Made by a program: the position numbers and the translations under genes | Notes under the pieces: generated by a model | Databases searched by the model: none | The model's input: the letters and a program-made list of their open reading frames with translations, nothing else | What the model was told of the DNA's origin: nothing | Source of the DNA: Candidatus Poseidoniales archaeon | Lineage (GTDB): Archaea > Thermoplasmatota > Poseidoniia > Poseidoniales > Thalassarchaeaceae | Assembly: GCA_028283505.1 (NCBI GenBank) | Contig: JAPOFX010000005.1 | Coordinates: 1,869 to 65,868, forward strand | Direction: 5' to 3' | Length of the DNA stretch: 64,000 nucleotides | Shown: piece by piece, positions 54,082 to 64,000 of the stretch | Layout: every line of letters begins with the position of its first letter | Position numbering within the stretch: position 1 is the stretch's first letter

Positions 54082-55883
54082 CAAAACATCTCCGTTGGGT
54101 ATTCCATAACCGACTTATGTCCGGACTGGATTTTCGCCGCTAAGCTTACTGTCTCTGGGTATATTCTCTTGAAGAAGAACCGCGCACTGGCTATTTTGGC
54201 ATCATAGAAAGGATCGCCTTTCTTTTCCATTGCCTTCTTAGCCATCTTCGCCCACATGTAGGCCAACAAAACATTTCCAAAATACCTACAATAGTCTGTA
54301 GCGCCTGCTGCTAAGAAATGAGGATTGGCCTGCCCTTCTGCGATCATTAGTAGAGTGAGCTGCTGGAGTCCGCGGACTCCCTGATGTAGGGGCTTGTTGA
54401 ATTCTAACATTTCAGGTATGTCTCGATTCTCCTCGATAAACTCGGTCAATGGCCACATAAGATGACGCAGATTCTTTCCCATGTTCTGGGTAATCTTTCT
54501 TCCTGCGAGATCTAGGGCTTGGACGCCGTTTGTACCCTCCCAAATCTTAGATATTCTCACGTCCCGATAGAACTGCTCTACCGCATATTCTGTACAGTAA
54601 CCAGCACCCCCCATTACCTGCATGCAGGTACTAGCTGTTTCGCAGGCGACATCTGTAAAGTGTGCCTTTACTATAGGGGTAAATAGGGCAACTAGAGATG
54701 AGGCGTATTCAACCTCGTCAGGATCATCACTATGCATCTGATCTAGGAGGATTCCTGTCCAGGCTGCAAGAGCTCTACAGCCCTCATTGTTGACTTTTGC
54801 CTCCAAGAGCATTCTCCTAACGTCTGGGTGGACGAGAATATTATCCGCAGGCTCTTTGGGGTCCTTTGGACCTCTCAAATCCCTGCCCTGTCTCCTGTCT
54901 TTGGCCCAAGCTAGGGAATTTTGATATGCGATTTCAGCCAGTCCTAACCCCATTATCCCTGTTGCAAGGCGCTCTTGGTTCATCATCTGAAACATTAGCT
55001 TCATCCCCGTGTGTAGGTCTCCGACCCTCCAGCCTACGCTGTTATCAAAATTCATAACGCAAGTAGGTGATGCGTGAATTCCCATTTTTTCCTCGCTTCC
55101 CGCACAGGTTACACCGTTGTGTTCTTGCATGAGATCATGGGACAGACCATCGAGGTCTCCAGATTTCCAGTCTTTGGGGAGATATTTTGGAACTAGGAAC
55201 ATGGTTATTCCCTTGGTTCCCTCTGGTGACCCTGGGGTTTTTGCCAAGACTAGATGAACAATATTTTCAGTCATATCGTGTTCGCCATATGTGATGAATA
55301 TCTTAGTTCCTGTAACTCGGTATGACCCATCATCTTGGGGTATGGCCTTGCTGGATATTATCCCAAGGTCGGTACCAGCGTGTGGTTCCGTCAGACACAT
55401 TGTACCGGCCCAGTGGCCTTGTGCGAGATTGGATGAGAAGTAGTCAACGAGGACTTGGTCCCCATGCTCATTCAAGACATCGTAGACACCAAGAGTAAGA
55501 GCGGGAAGAACACTCATGGCCATATTCGTGGCTGTAGCAATTTCCCCCCATATTACGGACTGGAAGAAGATAGGGGCCCCCATTCCTCCGTGTTCTGGCT
55601 TGGTGGATGTGGAAAACCATCCTCCCTCAATACCCTGTTTGTAGGCATCCTTGAATTCTTGGGGCATTGTAATTTCGCCGTTTTCAAATTTCAATCCAAC
55701 CCTGTCTCCAAGCTGATTTATTGGCAACCATACTTCTTTGGCGTGGTCTGCCCATCCTTCAGCCAGCATTGACAGGAAGTCCTCATCGAAATCGTACCCG
55801 AGTCTCTTTATGGTCGGAGTCACGTCAAATACTTCGTTAAACAAAAAATCATAATCTCTCAGTGGGGCTTCATATTCTACCAA
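54081..55883 (-). CDS. Acyl-CoA dehydrogenase
   Basis: Y.APLRD, GTMCLTEPHAGTDLG, G.KIFIT.GEHD, E.KMGIHASPTC, HPDVRRML, IWEGTNGVQA.DL. TTG start with GAGGTGA. Confidence 0.95.
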   Translation of the reverse strand: MVEYEAPLRDYDFLFNEVFDVTPTIKRLGYDFDEDFLSMLAEGWADHAKEVWLPINQLGDRVGLKFENGEITMPQEFKDAYKQGIEGGWFSTSTKPEHGGMGAPIFFQSVIWGEIATATNMAMSVLPALTLGVYDVLNEHGDQVLVDYFSSNLAQGHWAGTMCLTEPHAGTDLGIISSKAIPQDDGSYRVTGTKIFITYGEHDMTENIVHLVLAKTPGSPEGTKGITMFLVPKYLPKDWKSGDLDGLSHDLMQEHNGVTCAGSEEKMGIHASPTCVMNFDNSVGWRVGDLHTGMKLMFQMMNQERLATGIMGLGLAEIAYQNSLAWAKDRRQGRDLRGPKDPKEPADNILVHPDVRRMLLEAKVNNEGCRALAAWTGILLDQMHSDDPDEVEYASSLVALFTPIVKAHFTDVACETASTCMQVMGGAGYCTEYAVEQFYRDVRISKIWEGTNGVQALDLAGRKITQNMGKNLRHLMWPLTEFIEENRDIPEMLEFNKPLHQGVRGLQQLTLLMIAEGQANPHFLAAGATDYCRYFGNVLLAYMWAKMAKKAMEKKGDPFYDAKIASARFFFKRIYPETVSLAAKIQSGHKSVMEYPTEMF

Positions 55884-55892
55884 TTTCTCACC

Positions 55893-58232
55893 TCAATTTC
55901 TAAGTGGCTTGCCTGTTTCTAACATATGCTGTACTCTATCCAAGGTATCCATATTTTTGAGTAGGCTAGCAAAAGTCTCCTTCTCCATGGAAAGGATGTC
56001 GTCTTCCTCAAGGGTCTCCGTCATATCGGAATCTCCTCCGGTCAGAATCTTGGCTAGCCTAGTCGCCACAACAACGTCATGAGGGGTGGCTTGACCGGAC
56101 AAAGATAGGTCATTCAGTGCTAGACTTAGTGCGGCCATTCCACTTGGTCCTGGAAGTGTGTATGTTCTTGGCTCGGGTGGGGTGTAGTCCTCAGACAATT
56201 CTAAGGCCTTACTTTTGGCATCTGCGAGTAATCTGTCCCTATTCATCGTAATCTGATCATCCGGACCCAGGAAGCCCAGTGACCTTGCTTGTTCTGCTGA
56301 CTTGGCGACTTGTGCGGTTCCTATGGTCTCAAAGGCTTTCATCGCCGCGCCCATAGGCCCGTTTGTTACAAGGCCGTAGTCTTCCAATCTGCCCATTAGC
56401 TCTTTACAGCCACCCCACGCAGGAACCACCCCTACTCCAACCTCAACCAGGCCGACATAGGACTCAGCATGGGCTTGAACAGCGTCACAATGCATCAGAA
56501 CCTCCGCACCTCCCCCAAGACAAAGACCAGCCGAGGCAGCAACTACAGGCACGTCACAGTATTTCAGGGTCTGATATGTGTCTTGGCCCAGAGTTATGAA
56601 GTCCTCAAGATCTTTCCAGGCTCCGAGGTTGGCGGCGAACAAAGCCAAACCAAGATTTGCCCCCGCACAAAAATTGGGTGCGTCATTTCCTATTACTATG
56701 CCCTTGTAATCCTCAGATTCCGCTATGTCAACAGCATTTACTAACATCTCAATATTCATTGGGTCCATAGCATTCATCTTTGTGTGATACTCTACGAGTA
56801 ACACCTCATCTCCCATATCCCAGATGCTAGCCGACCCGTTCTTCTTGAGTGGTTTTCCCCTCCTTTTGAGATCGGCAACAGTCAGGGTCGACTCTGGACG
56901 TTGAACGACTACCATTTCACCTGACGAAGAGAGTCTCGTTATCTCGCCATTCTCCAAGCCGTAGAAAGAGCCTTTCTCAGCGGCGAGGGATAGGAAATTA
57001 GGAACATTTTTTCCGGAGGACTTTAGCATATCCACAATAGACTGGGGACCAATGGAGTCCATCATCTCAAATGGGCCTCTCTTCCAGTTGTATCCTACCT
57101 TCATTGCTCCATCTATTGAGTAGATGTCGTCGCTGACGTCAGGGACGATGTAAGCAGCGTATGAAAGTGAGTCAAGAAGAACGTCAGTCACGAGCCTAGC
57201 CCCTTCGTCGTCGCAGTCCATTAGACTTGAAAGCCCCCTTTTCCCCATCTTTGCTGAGGGGAAAGCGGCCCGTCTGTCTGCCTTTCGATATTCCCCGGTG
57301 GAGAGATCTCTGGCTTCCTTGACCTTCTTTCCTTGGTCTCGATTCAATCTGTAGAATCCTCCCCTTCCTTTTCGGCCTGTATATCCGTCTTCAATCATTT
57401 TGAGAACTATTTCCTCGCCAGTTCCAGCTATCTCGTGGAACGGATCCTCATCGGGAAGATACGAAAGAAGGCTTTCTGTGACGTGTGGAATCAGGTCTAT
57501 ACCAACAAGATCCATTAGAGCGAACACTCCTGTCTTTGGTAGTCCGATTGGCCTTCCAAGCATGGCATCTGCCTGTTCAACAGAAAGCCCGAGATCTAGT
57601 GTCGCCTTGAATGCCCTCTGAATGAAATACACCCCAAGCCTATTGCCGATGAATCCGGGTCTGTCATTGCAAATTGTAACCCTCTTACCAAGTCTGCGAT
57701 CCGCGAAGTCAGTGAATCTGGATATTACATTTGCATTGACTTCTGGGCCTGACACTAATTCCAGAAGCGGTAGGTATCTAGGAGGATTAAAGAAGTGAGT
57801 AATCAGAAATCTTGAGGACAGATCTGCGGATAGTTCGGAGGTAAGCTCCGCTCTTGGGAGCGTAGATGTGTTTGAGGATAATATCGTGTTTGGACCTATA
57901 TTCTCAGAGAGCCTCGAATACAGGCTTCTCTTGACATCGAGATTCTCGATAACCACCTCAACAACCCAATCGAAATCCTCGAGCAAATGCAGATCATCCT
58001 CTATGTTACCGGGCGTGATTCTCTTCGCGTTCCTCTTGTGCATGAGCATCTCTGGATTGGACTTATGCATCTTCTGAATCGCAGTCTTCGATAGTGAGTT
58101 TCTGTCTTCTGCTCCCTCGGGTACTATGTCGAGGAGGAGGACTTCGCATCCAGCATTGGCACAATGGGCCGCAATCCCCGCGCCCATTACACCGCTTCCT
58201 ATCACGGCGACTTTCTGGATTCCGTCAACCAT
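55893..58232 (-). CDS. 3-hydroxyacyl-CoA dehydrogenase / enoyl-CoA hydratase (FadN-type order)
   Basis: VAVIGSGVMGAGIA, SSNTS, HFFNPPRY, D.PGFIGNR. C-terminal crotonase (FCAGANL, GGG.E, GLVEVGVG). Ends GKPLRN. Confidence 0.93.
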   Translation of the reverse strand: MVDGIQKVAVIGSGVMGAGIAAHCANAGCEVLLLDIVPEGAEDRNSLSKTAIQKMHKSNPEMLMHKRNAKRITPGNIEDDLHLLEDFDWVVEVVIENLDVKRSLYSRLSENIGPNTILSSNTSTLPRAELTSELSADLSSRFLITHFFNPPRYLPLLELVSGPEVNANVISRFTDFADRRLGKRVTICNDRPGFIGNRLGVYFIQRAFKATLDLGLSVEQADAMLGRPIGLPKTGVFALMDLVGIDLIPHVTESLLSYLPDEDPFHEIAGTGEEIVLKMIEDGYTGRKGRGGFYRLNRDQGKKVKEARDLSTGEYRKADRRAAFPSAKMGKRGLSSLMDCDDEGARLVTDVLLDSLSYAAYIVPDVSDDIYSIDGAMKVGYNWKRGPFEMMDSIGPQSIVDMLKSSGKNVPNFLSLAAEKGSFYGLENGEITRLSSSGEMVVVQRPESTLTVADLKRRGKPLKKNGSASIWDMGDEVLLVEYHTKMNAMDPMNIEMLVNAVDIAESEDYKGIVIGNDAPNFCAGANLGLALFAANLGAWKDLEDFITLGQDTYQTLKYCDVPVVAASAGLCLGGGAEVLMHCDAVQAHAESYVGLVEVGVGVVPAWGGCKELMGRLEDYGLVTNGPMGAAMKAFETIGTAQVAKSAEQARSLGFLGPDDQITMNRDRLLADAKSKALELSEDYTPPEPRTYTLPGPSGMAALSLALNDLSLSGQATPHDVVVATRLAKILTGGDSDMTETLEEDDILSMEKETFASLLKNMDTLDRVQHMLETGKPLRN

Positions 58233-58240
58233 TGTCACAC

Positions 58241-59374
58241 CTATATCTTCTCCAAAACGGTGGCGATTCCTTGGCCTCCGCCCACACACATCGTTGCCAA
58301 GGCGTATTTTGCACCATTCTTGTTCAATAATTGTGACGCCTTGCCTGTGATTCTTGCCCCACTTGCCCCTAATGGATGCCCCAAGGCTATGGCCCCGCCC
58401 TCAATATTGACCTTGGAGGAATCCAATCCCAGCTCCTCGATAACTGCTAGGGACTGTGCTGCGAATGCCTCATTTAATTCCACTATGTCTATCTGATCTA
58501 TTGACAGGCCAGCCCTCGACAATGCCTTGTTGGTGGCTTCGACAGGCCCAATGCCCATTATTTCGGGGGCGCATCCCGTGACTGCTGAGCTCACCACCCG
58601 GGCCAGAGGCTTGAGTCCGTTTTCTTTTGCGAAATTTTCTGAACACACCAGGACGAACGCCGCTCCATCGGTTAGTGGTGACGAGGTGCCTGCAGTCACG
58701 GTCCCATTAGAGAGGAATGCCGGACGAAGGCCCGACAGGGCCTCGGAATTAGTTTCAGGACGGAGACAGCCATCTTCTGAAACCACACCTCCTTCAGTCT
58801 CGACGGGTATAATCTCTGAATCTAAAAATCCACTTTCCTTGGCCTTAGAGGCCCTTGTCTGACTCTCAATCGCAAATTTCTCTTGGTCTTCCCTGCTGAT
58901 TGAGTACTTCTCGGCTAGGTTCTCGGCGGTAATTCCCATTGATGTGAATGCCTCCGGGTATTCGGACCCCAATTTTGGATTAGGCATGGGATTATACCCT
59001 GTCATAGGAATCCTGGTCATGGACTCGATGCCCCCTGCGATGAACGCTTCACCGGATCCCATGGAAATCCTTCCTACTGCGTCATGAATTGCTTGCATCG
59101 AGGATCCGCAGAACCTATTCACAGTTACTCCGGGAACGCTCTCGGGGAGATCTGTAAGGAACGTGATCATCCTGGCAACATTGAATCCCTGTTCTGCCTC
59201 GGGGAAAGCGGTACCAACTATCAAGTCCTCAATTAACGACGGATCTACTCCGGCATCTTTGATTAGCCCGTTTATCACCGTTGCTGCTATGTCGTCTGGT
59301 CTTGTTCTAGCTAGCTCCCCTTTCTTAGCGGGGGTGAATGGGGACCTAGCGTATCCGGCTATCACTGCGGGCAT
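58241..59374 (-). CDS. fadA: Acetyl-CoA C-acyltransferase (thiolase)
   Basis: TVNRFCGSS, MG.TAE, NEAFA, GGAIALGHPLGASG, MCVGGGQG. Confidence 0.95.
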   Translation of the reverse strand: MPAVIAGYARSPFTPAKKGELARTRPDDIAATVINGLIKDAGVDPSLIEDLIVGTAFPEAEQGFNVARMITFLTDLPESVPGVTVNRFCGSSMQAIHDAVGRISMGSGEAFIAGGIESMTRIPMTGYNPMPNPKLGSEYPEAFTSMGITAENLAEKYSISREDQEKFAIESQTRASKAKESGFLDSEIIPVETEGGVVSEDGCLRPETNSEALSGLRPAFLSNGTVTAGTSSPLTDGAAFVLVCSENFAKENGLKPLARVVSSAVTGCAPEIMGIGPVEATNKALSRAGLSIDQIDIVELNEAFAAQSLAVIEELGLDSSKVNIEGGAIALGHPLGASGARITGKASQLLNKNGAKYALATMCVGGGQGIATVLEKI

Positions 59375-59457
59375 GATTTACCATGGAAGGGGTGGATAAT
59401 TAAATCTGGAGGTGAATTTTACTACACCGACTTTAATTTGATAAACCGGTTTTCTGT

Positions 59458-60159
59458 TTAAGGCAAGTCGGGATGGTGACTAGTGGCACGCTGCCAACTG
59501 CCGATGAAACGATGAACTTCTTCACCATGGACCATCTCAATTGGGTAGGAAATTGATGTCAAGTCTAGATTGCCTCCAATCGAGAGGATGAAGTCTCTGC
59601 TCAATGGCCAGGGAGGACCTGGTGTTTCCAGTCTTGAGCTTTCTACACGCCCAACTGAGACCAGGCTGCCTCCAGGAGCTAGGAGGTCAGGGAGAATAGG
59701 CGCAGCTAAGACTCTTACATCCTCGGGTATCGCTTGGAGGATGTGGACCTCAACAACAAGGTCCCATTTGCGTTGCCACTCCATTGGAAGCTTCAGAAGG
59801 TCCTCTACTCTCCACTCGATATCCAGATTAGCATAAGTTTCGGAAGCCCATTTTATCGCGGTTGGAGATATATCGAAAGCGGTTACTTTCCACCCAAGTT
59901 CTGACAGATAGGCGGCATCCTCCCCCAGGCCACATCCAACCACAAGTGCCTTTCCTTGCGGAGGCTCACTGTCCAACCACTCGACAAGGAGGTGGTTTGG
60001 TTCCCCGTTGGACCATGGGATCATTTCTTCGTTTCCTTCCGAAGAGCTGTATAGATCTTCAAACCAGGTTAGAGGATTACCGTTGGACTCAGCCTCTTTG
60101 GCCATCTCCAAGATTCTCTCCCTAACGAGTTCTATATCCTCTTTGATGTGTTTACTCAC
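59458..60159 (-). CDS. Class I SAM-dependent methyltransferase (TPMT-like)
   Basis: WFE.LY, IPW, ALVVGCGLGEDA, FDISPTAI, GPPWPL. Confidence 0.85.
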   Translation of the reverse strand: MSKHIKEDIELVRERILEMAKEAESNGNPLTWFEDLYSSSEGNEEMIPWSNGEPNHLLVEWLDSEPPQGKALVVGCGLGEDAAYLSELGWKVTAFDISPTAIKWASETYANLDIEWRVEDLLKLPMEWQRKWDLVVEVHILQAIPEDVRVLAAPILPDLLAPGGSLVSVGRVESSRLETPGPPWPLSRDFILSIGGNLDLTSISYPIEMVHGEEVHRFIGSWQRATSHHPDLP

Positions 60160-60168
60160 TGTACCATC

Positions 60169-61398
60169 TCACATGTGAGAGATTATCTCATCGCCAAAAC
60201 CCGAGCATGAGAGCAGTGTGGCCTCGTCCATCAGCCTCTCGAAATCATATGTGACCGTGCCAGCAGAAATCGCCCCTTCCATTCCCTTGACGATTAGGTC
60301 TGCTGCGTCCGTCCATCCTATGTGACGTAGCATCATCTCAGCTGAGAGTATGAGGCTCCCAGGGTTCACCTTATCCTGTCCTGTGTATTTGGGGGCGGTT
60401 CCATGGGTAGCCTCGAAAATCGCGATACCGGTATCATAGTTTATGTTGGCACCCGGCGCAATACCGATTCCTCCTACCTGTGCTGCGAGAGCGTCCGAGA
60501 TATAGTCACCATTCAGATTCATGGTGGCCAAAACTCCGTATTCCCTCGGCCGAGTAAGTACCTGTTGTAACATCGCATCGGCAATTACGTCCTTGATAGT
60601 GATGATTCTGTCGGTTTTTGGATTCTTGAAGGTGCACCACGGTCCACCTTCTAGAAGCTCTGCGCCGAATTCATCCCGGGCCAGTTTATACCCCCAATCC
60701 CTGAATCCTCCTTCTGTGAATTTCATGATGTTTCCTTTATGCACCAGTGTTACTGAGTCTTTGTCATTGTCAATTGCATACTTGATTGCGGCTCTGACTA
60801 TCCTTCCAGTTCCCTCGGAGCTGATTGGTTTGATTCCTATTCCCGAGGTCTCTGGGAATCTTATCTTATCAACGCCCATTTCATTCTGCAGGAATTCTAT
60901 CAGCTTCCTTACCTCTGGGGTACCTGCTTCCCACTCTATGCCTGCATACACGTCCTCACTGTTCTCCCTGAAGATGATCATGTCTACCGCCCCTGGGTCT
61001 CTAACCGGACTGGGTGTCCCCTCATACCACCTCACAGGCCTCACGCAGGCGAATAAGTCGAGCTTCTGGCGGAGGGCGACATTGAGGCTCCTTATCCCTC
61101 CTCCAACAGGTGTCGTAAGTGGCCCTTTGATCGAGACAAGTCCACTACGCATCGCCTCTAGTGTCTCATTTGGGAGCCATTCGCCGGTGGAGTCGAATGC
61201 CTTTTGTCCAGCCAACACTTCTGACCAATATATATTCCTAGAGCCCGCATATGCCTTTTTGACTGCATTATCCACGACCTTGATCATTACAGGAGTGATG
61301 TCAATACCTATCCCGTCCCCCTCTATGTAGTGTATGATGGGATTTTTTGGAACTTGCAATTGTCCATCCAAGAGTGTTATTGTCGAGCCCTGCGTCAT
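60169..61398 (-). CDS. icd: Isocitrate dehydrogenase (NADP), E. coli-type
   Basis: [65 protein letters not shown]. Confidence 0.96.
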   Translation of the reverse strand: MTQGSTITLLDGQLQVPKNPIIHYIEGDGIGIDITPVMIKVVDNAVKKAYAGSRNIYWSEVLAGQKAFDSTGEWLPNETLEAMRSGLVSIKGPLTTPVGGGIRSLNVALRQKLDLFACVRPVRWYEGTPSPVRDPGAVDMIIFRENSEDVYAGIEWEAGTPEVRKLIEFLQNEMGVDKIRFPETSGIGIKPISSEGTGRIVRAAIKYAIDNDKDSVTLVHKGNIMKFTEGGFRDWGYKLARDEFGAELLEGGPWCTFKNPKTDRIITIKDVIADAMLQQVLTRPREYGVLATMNLNGDYISDALAAQVGGIGIAPGANINYDTGIAIFEATHGTAPKYTGQDKVNPGSLILSAEMMLRHIGWTDAADLIVKGMEGAISAGTVTYDFERLMDEATLLSCSGFGDEIISHM

Positions 61399-61471
61399 CT
61401 TACTCATACCTCCGAGCGTACGGACATTCATGAAGCCAACCCTTGAAGAGGAGTATCCCCCGGACCAGGCT

Positions 61472-61864
61472 ATGGATGGAGAAGTGCGCTGGACGGCAGA
61501 TGAGGGTTATGTAGGCACTACATCCGGCGGGAAGGTCTTCGGGATATACGGAGAGTCATCCCCAAGCCCGATGGAGATGGTGTTGCATTCTCATGCGGCT
61601 TGTTCTCTGATTGACGTCATTGTCGGACTCAAGGAAAGAGCAGGGGACATTGATTCAGCGACGGTGAAAGTTGAGTCCGTCAGGGCCAGTGAGAGTCCAA
61701 GGGTTTTCACTTCGATTAATATGAGGTACATAGTGAAGGGAGATGTCCCAGAGAAGCTCGTTAGAAGACTGATAGAAAGTAGTCATGAGAAATATTGTAG
61801 CGTTGGGATAATGATTACCAGATCAGGAGCAAGCCTGGAATGGTCTTTGGAACTTGAAAGTTAG
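61472..61864 (+). CDS. OsmC/YhfA family protein
   Basis: SPME.VL...A.CS..DV, PRVFT.I, S.EKYCSV. Confidence 0.88.
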   Translation: MDGEVRWTADEGYVGTTSGGKVFGIYGESSPSPMEMVLHSHAACSLIDVIVGLKERAGDIDSATVKVESVRASESPRVFTSINMRYIVKGDVPEKLVRRLIESSHEKYCSVGIMITRSGASLEWSLELES

Positions 61865-62027
61865 AAATATCAAATTTCTCTACCTCCCAAGGTTGAGATT
61901 AATTCCGATTCTGCATCTTCAGTGTGGTTGGCTATACCAATCATTAAACACCCCCCATCCGGAAGACGGAATCCCTTGCGCCGCGGGACGTGTATGGAGA
62001 GAGCTGTAGAACGGGAGGATTGAGAGT

Positions 62028-64000
62028 ATGCAACAGAAAATTAAGGGCAAAGAAAAGGAAGGAAAGACCGAGGAAGGCTTGGTAATAGAACGCCGATTCA
62101 CATCCGCTGGCGAAGATCCCTTCGGAAAGTTCGATTGGATTGAAATGGATGCAGAAATACGGAATCCCGATGGTTCAATGGCAGACTCGATTACAGGGGT
62201 CAAGCTCCCTTCAGGATACTCCGGAGTCCCCGGGAAGGTACTGGCTCAGAAATATCTGAGGAAAGCTGGAGTCCCTGCTCACCTACGAAAGGTAGCTGAG
62301 GAGGGAGTCCCAGTGTGGCTTCAGAGGAGTGAACCAGATCACGAGAAGCTGGAGTCACTCAAAGCTGAAGAGAGGTTCACTGGAGAGAGAGATGGAAGAG
62401 AGGTTTTCAGAAGACTAGCTGGCACGTGGACCTATTGGGGATGGAAGCATGGTTACTTCGCAAGCGAGGCAGATGCCAGGTCATATTTCGATGAGATGTG
62501 CTATCTTGTAGCGAGTCAGCGTTCTGCCCCAAACAGTCCACAGTGGTTCAATACGGGCCTTTTCTGGGCCTATGGGATAGAAGGCCCCGCTCAGGGACAC
62601 TCATACATCGACCCTGTGACTGGCGAGCTGGAGTACTCTGTAAATGCTTACGAACACCCCCAGCCCCATGCGTGCTTCATCCAATCCGTCGGTGATTCAC
62701 TTGTAGGAGGGAGTGACTCAATCATGGGCCTGTGGAATAGAGAGGCCCTGTTATTCAAGTATGGTTCAGGAACTGGTTCAAACTTCTCGAAAATCAGGGG
62801 GGCTGGTGAGCCTCTCTCTGGGGGAGGGAGCTCATCTGGACTGCTCTCATTCCTGAAAATAGGAGACAGGGCCGCAGGTGCCATCAAGTCTGGTGGGACT
62901 ACCAGAAGAGCTGCCAAGATGGTGACTTTGGATCTTGATCATCCTGACATAGAGGAGTATATCGATTGGAAGAGTAGCGAAGAGGAAAAGGTGTCTGCTC
63001 TGGTAATTGGTAGTAACATTCTGCAGAAGCATGCCAACTCACTGATGGAGGCCATGTGGGATGGTGGAGACGGCGAGAGCAGGTTCGATCAAAACAAGAA
63101 CCCTAGCCTGAAGAAGGCCATGATTAGGGCAATCCGAGACTGCGTTCCTCAACCACACATCCAAAGAATAGTTGACTTGGCCAAACAGGGTTGGAAGGGC
63201 GTTGACTTCGAGGTTTTCGATACAGATTGGCAGGGTGAAGCCTACGTCACAGTCTCAGGACAAAATAGCAACAATTCGGTTAGGGTCCCAAATTCTTTCA
63301 TGGACGCGGTTAAGGAAGGAGGTACATGGGATCTTCACTGGAGAACAGAGTTAGATAAGGCCGCCGCAGAGGGTAGGAGCCCAGAAGCCTGCAAGACCCT
63401 AGATGCTGGTGAGCTCTGGGATAAAGTAGCATACACTGCATGGGCTTGTGCAGATCCCGGTGTGCAATTTGACACAACCATCAATGAGTGGCACACGTGC
63501 CCTGAGTCGGGTCGAATCAACGGGTCAAACCCCTGCTCTGAATACATGTTCCTGGACGATACAGCCTGCAACTTGGCTAGCATAAACCTGCTGAAGTACT
63601 ACGATCTGGACACGCATCAGTTCCAGATCGAGGACTTCAAGCACAGCGTTAGGCTTTGGACGGCAACCTTGGAGATTAGCGTACTCATGGCACAGTTTCC
63701 ATCAGAGAAGATTGCCAGGGGATCGTATGACTACCGGACTCTTGGACTCGGCTACTGTAACATCGGCTCCCTTTTGATGCACATGGGAATCCCATATGAT
63801 GATGAAAGGGGGTATGCAATATGTGGAGCACTGACCTCAATAATGTGCGGAGAATCCTACGCCACTAGTGCCGAGATGGCATCCTTCCTAGGGCCGTTCC
63901 CTGATTATGAAAGAAACTCGGAAAGTATGCTGAAGGTAATGAGAAATCACAAGAGGGCAGCTTACGACGCTCCTGATGGCGAGTACGAAGGGCTGACAGT
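62028..64000 (+). CDS. nrdJ: Class II (adenosylcobalamin-dependent) ribonucleotide reductase, 3' end outside window
   Basis: Missing from the ORF track because it runs off the end. My translation from ATG 62028 gives IERRFT...EIRNPDGS, AQKY.RKAGVP, APNSPQWFNTG, HPQPHACFIQS, KYGSGTG.N.S, IKSGGTTRRAAKM, NGSNPCSEYMFLDDTACNLAS. Confidence 0.95.
   Translation, partial: MQQKIKGKEKEGKTEEGLVIERRFTSAGEDPFGKFDWIEMDAEIRNPDGSMADSITGVKLPSGYSGVPGKVLAQKYLRKAGVPAHLRKVAEEGVPVWLQRSEPDHEKLESLKAEERFTGERDGREVFRRLAGTWTYWGWKHGYFASEADARSYFDEMCYLVASQRSAPNSPQWFNTGLFWAYGIEGPAQGHSYIDPVTGELEYSVNAYEHPQPHACFIQSVGDSLVGGSDSIMGLWNREALLFKYGSGTGSNFSKIRGAGEPLSGGGSSSGLLSFLKIGDRAAGAIKSGGTTRRAAKMVTLDLDHPDIEEYIDWKSSEEEKVSALVIGSNILQKHANSLMEAMWDGGDGESRFDQNKNPSLKKAMIRAIRDCVPQPHIQRIVDLAKQGWKGVDFEVFDTDWQGEAYVTVSGQNSNNSVRVPNSFMDAVKEGGTWDLHWRTELDKAAAEGRSPEACKTLDAGELWDKVAYTAWACADPGVQFDTTINEWHTCPESGRINGSNPCSEYMFLDDTACNLASINLLKYYDLDTHQFQIEDFKHSVRLWTATLEISVLMAQFPSEKIARGSYDYRTLGLGYCNIGSLLMHMGIPYDDERGYAICGALTSIMCGESYATSAEMASFLGPFPDYERNSESMLKVMRNHKRAAYDAPDGEYEGLT

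Noticed and set aside
60521-61330. Long antisense ORFs (269 aa here; also 52816-53601, 2665-3321, 30445-31011, 38520-39002)
   Set aside because: They shadow well-supported genes on the opposite strand and have no recognisable motifs.
1-64000. Mobile elements, provirus, CRISPR-Cas or tRNA genes
   Set aside because: I recognised no transposase, integrase, capsid or cas genes, no repeat-spacer arrays and no tRNA cloverleaf (GTTCRA T-loop in context).

Overview
Gene-dense archaeal chromosomal segment (about 55 CDS; no tRNA, rRNA, CRISPR or IS element recognised). Archaeal informational genes (rps13-rps4-rps11-rpoD, PolD DP2, PriL, Pcc1, pantoate kinase/phosphopantothenate synthetase, MptE, type II MetAP) are mixed with many bacterial-type metabolic genes (aceE, metK, leuS core, rnhA, grxD/bolA, fumC, icd, nrdJ, a beta-oxidation operon). 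This mix suggests a Marine Group II (Ca. Poseidoniales) genome, which is an inference. The most striking unexplained element is the ~790-bp gap at 27173-27962. It holds an inverted pair of ORB-like 13-mers, a clear BRE/TATA promoter, and then a ~670-nt extremely U-poor, purine-rich region with many GNRA/UUCG hairpins, an internal 34-nt repeat, 5'/3' end pairing and a T-tract. I read this as a candidate undescribed large structured non-coding RNA. It converges on a class II fumarase carrying an N-terminal ribbon-helix-helix-like domain, with a perfect palindrome over its own promoter. Other oddities are a helical-repeat + PIN nuclease, a putative RHH/PIP-box/winged-helix protein followed by a methyltransferase with a broken catalytic motif, a CDIN1/TPD homolog, and a STAND-like regulator lacking a sensor domain. 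All family calls come from motif recognition by eye, not from database searches.
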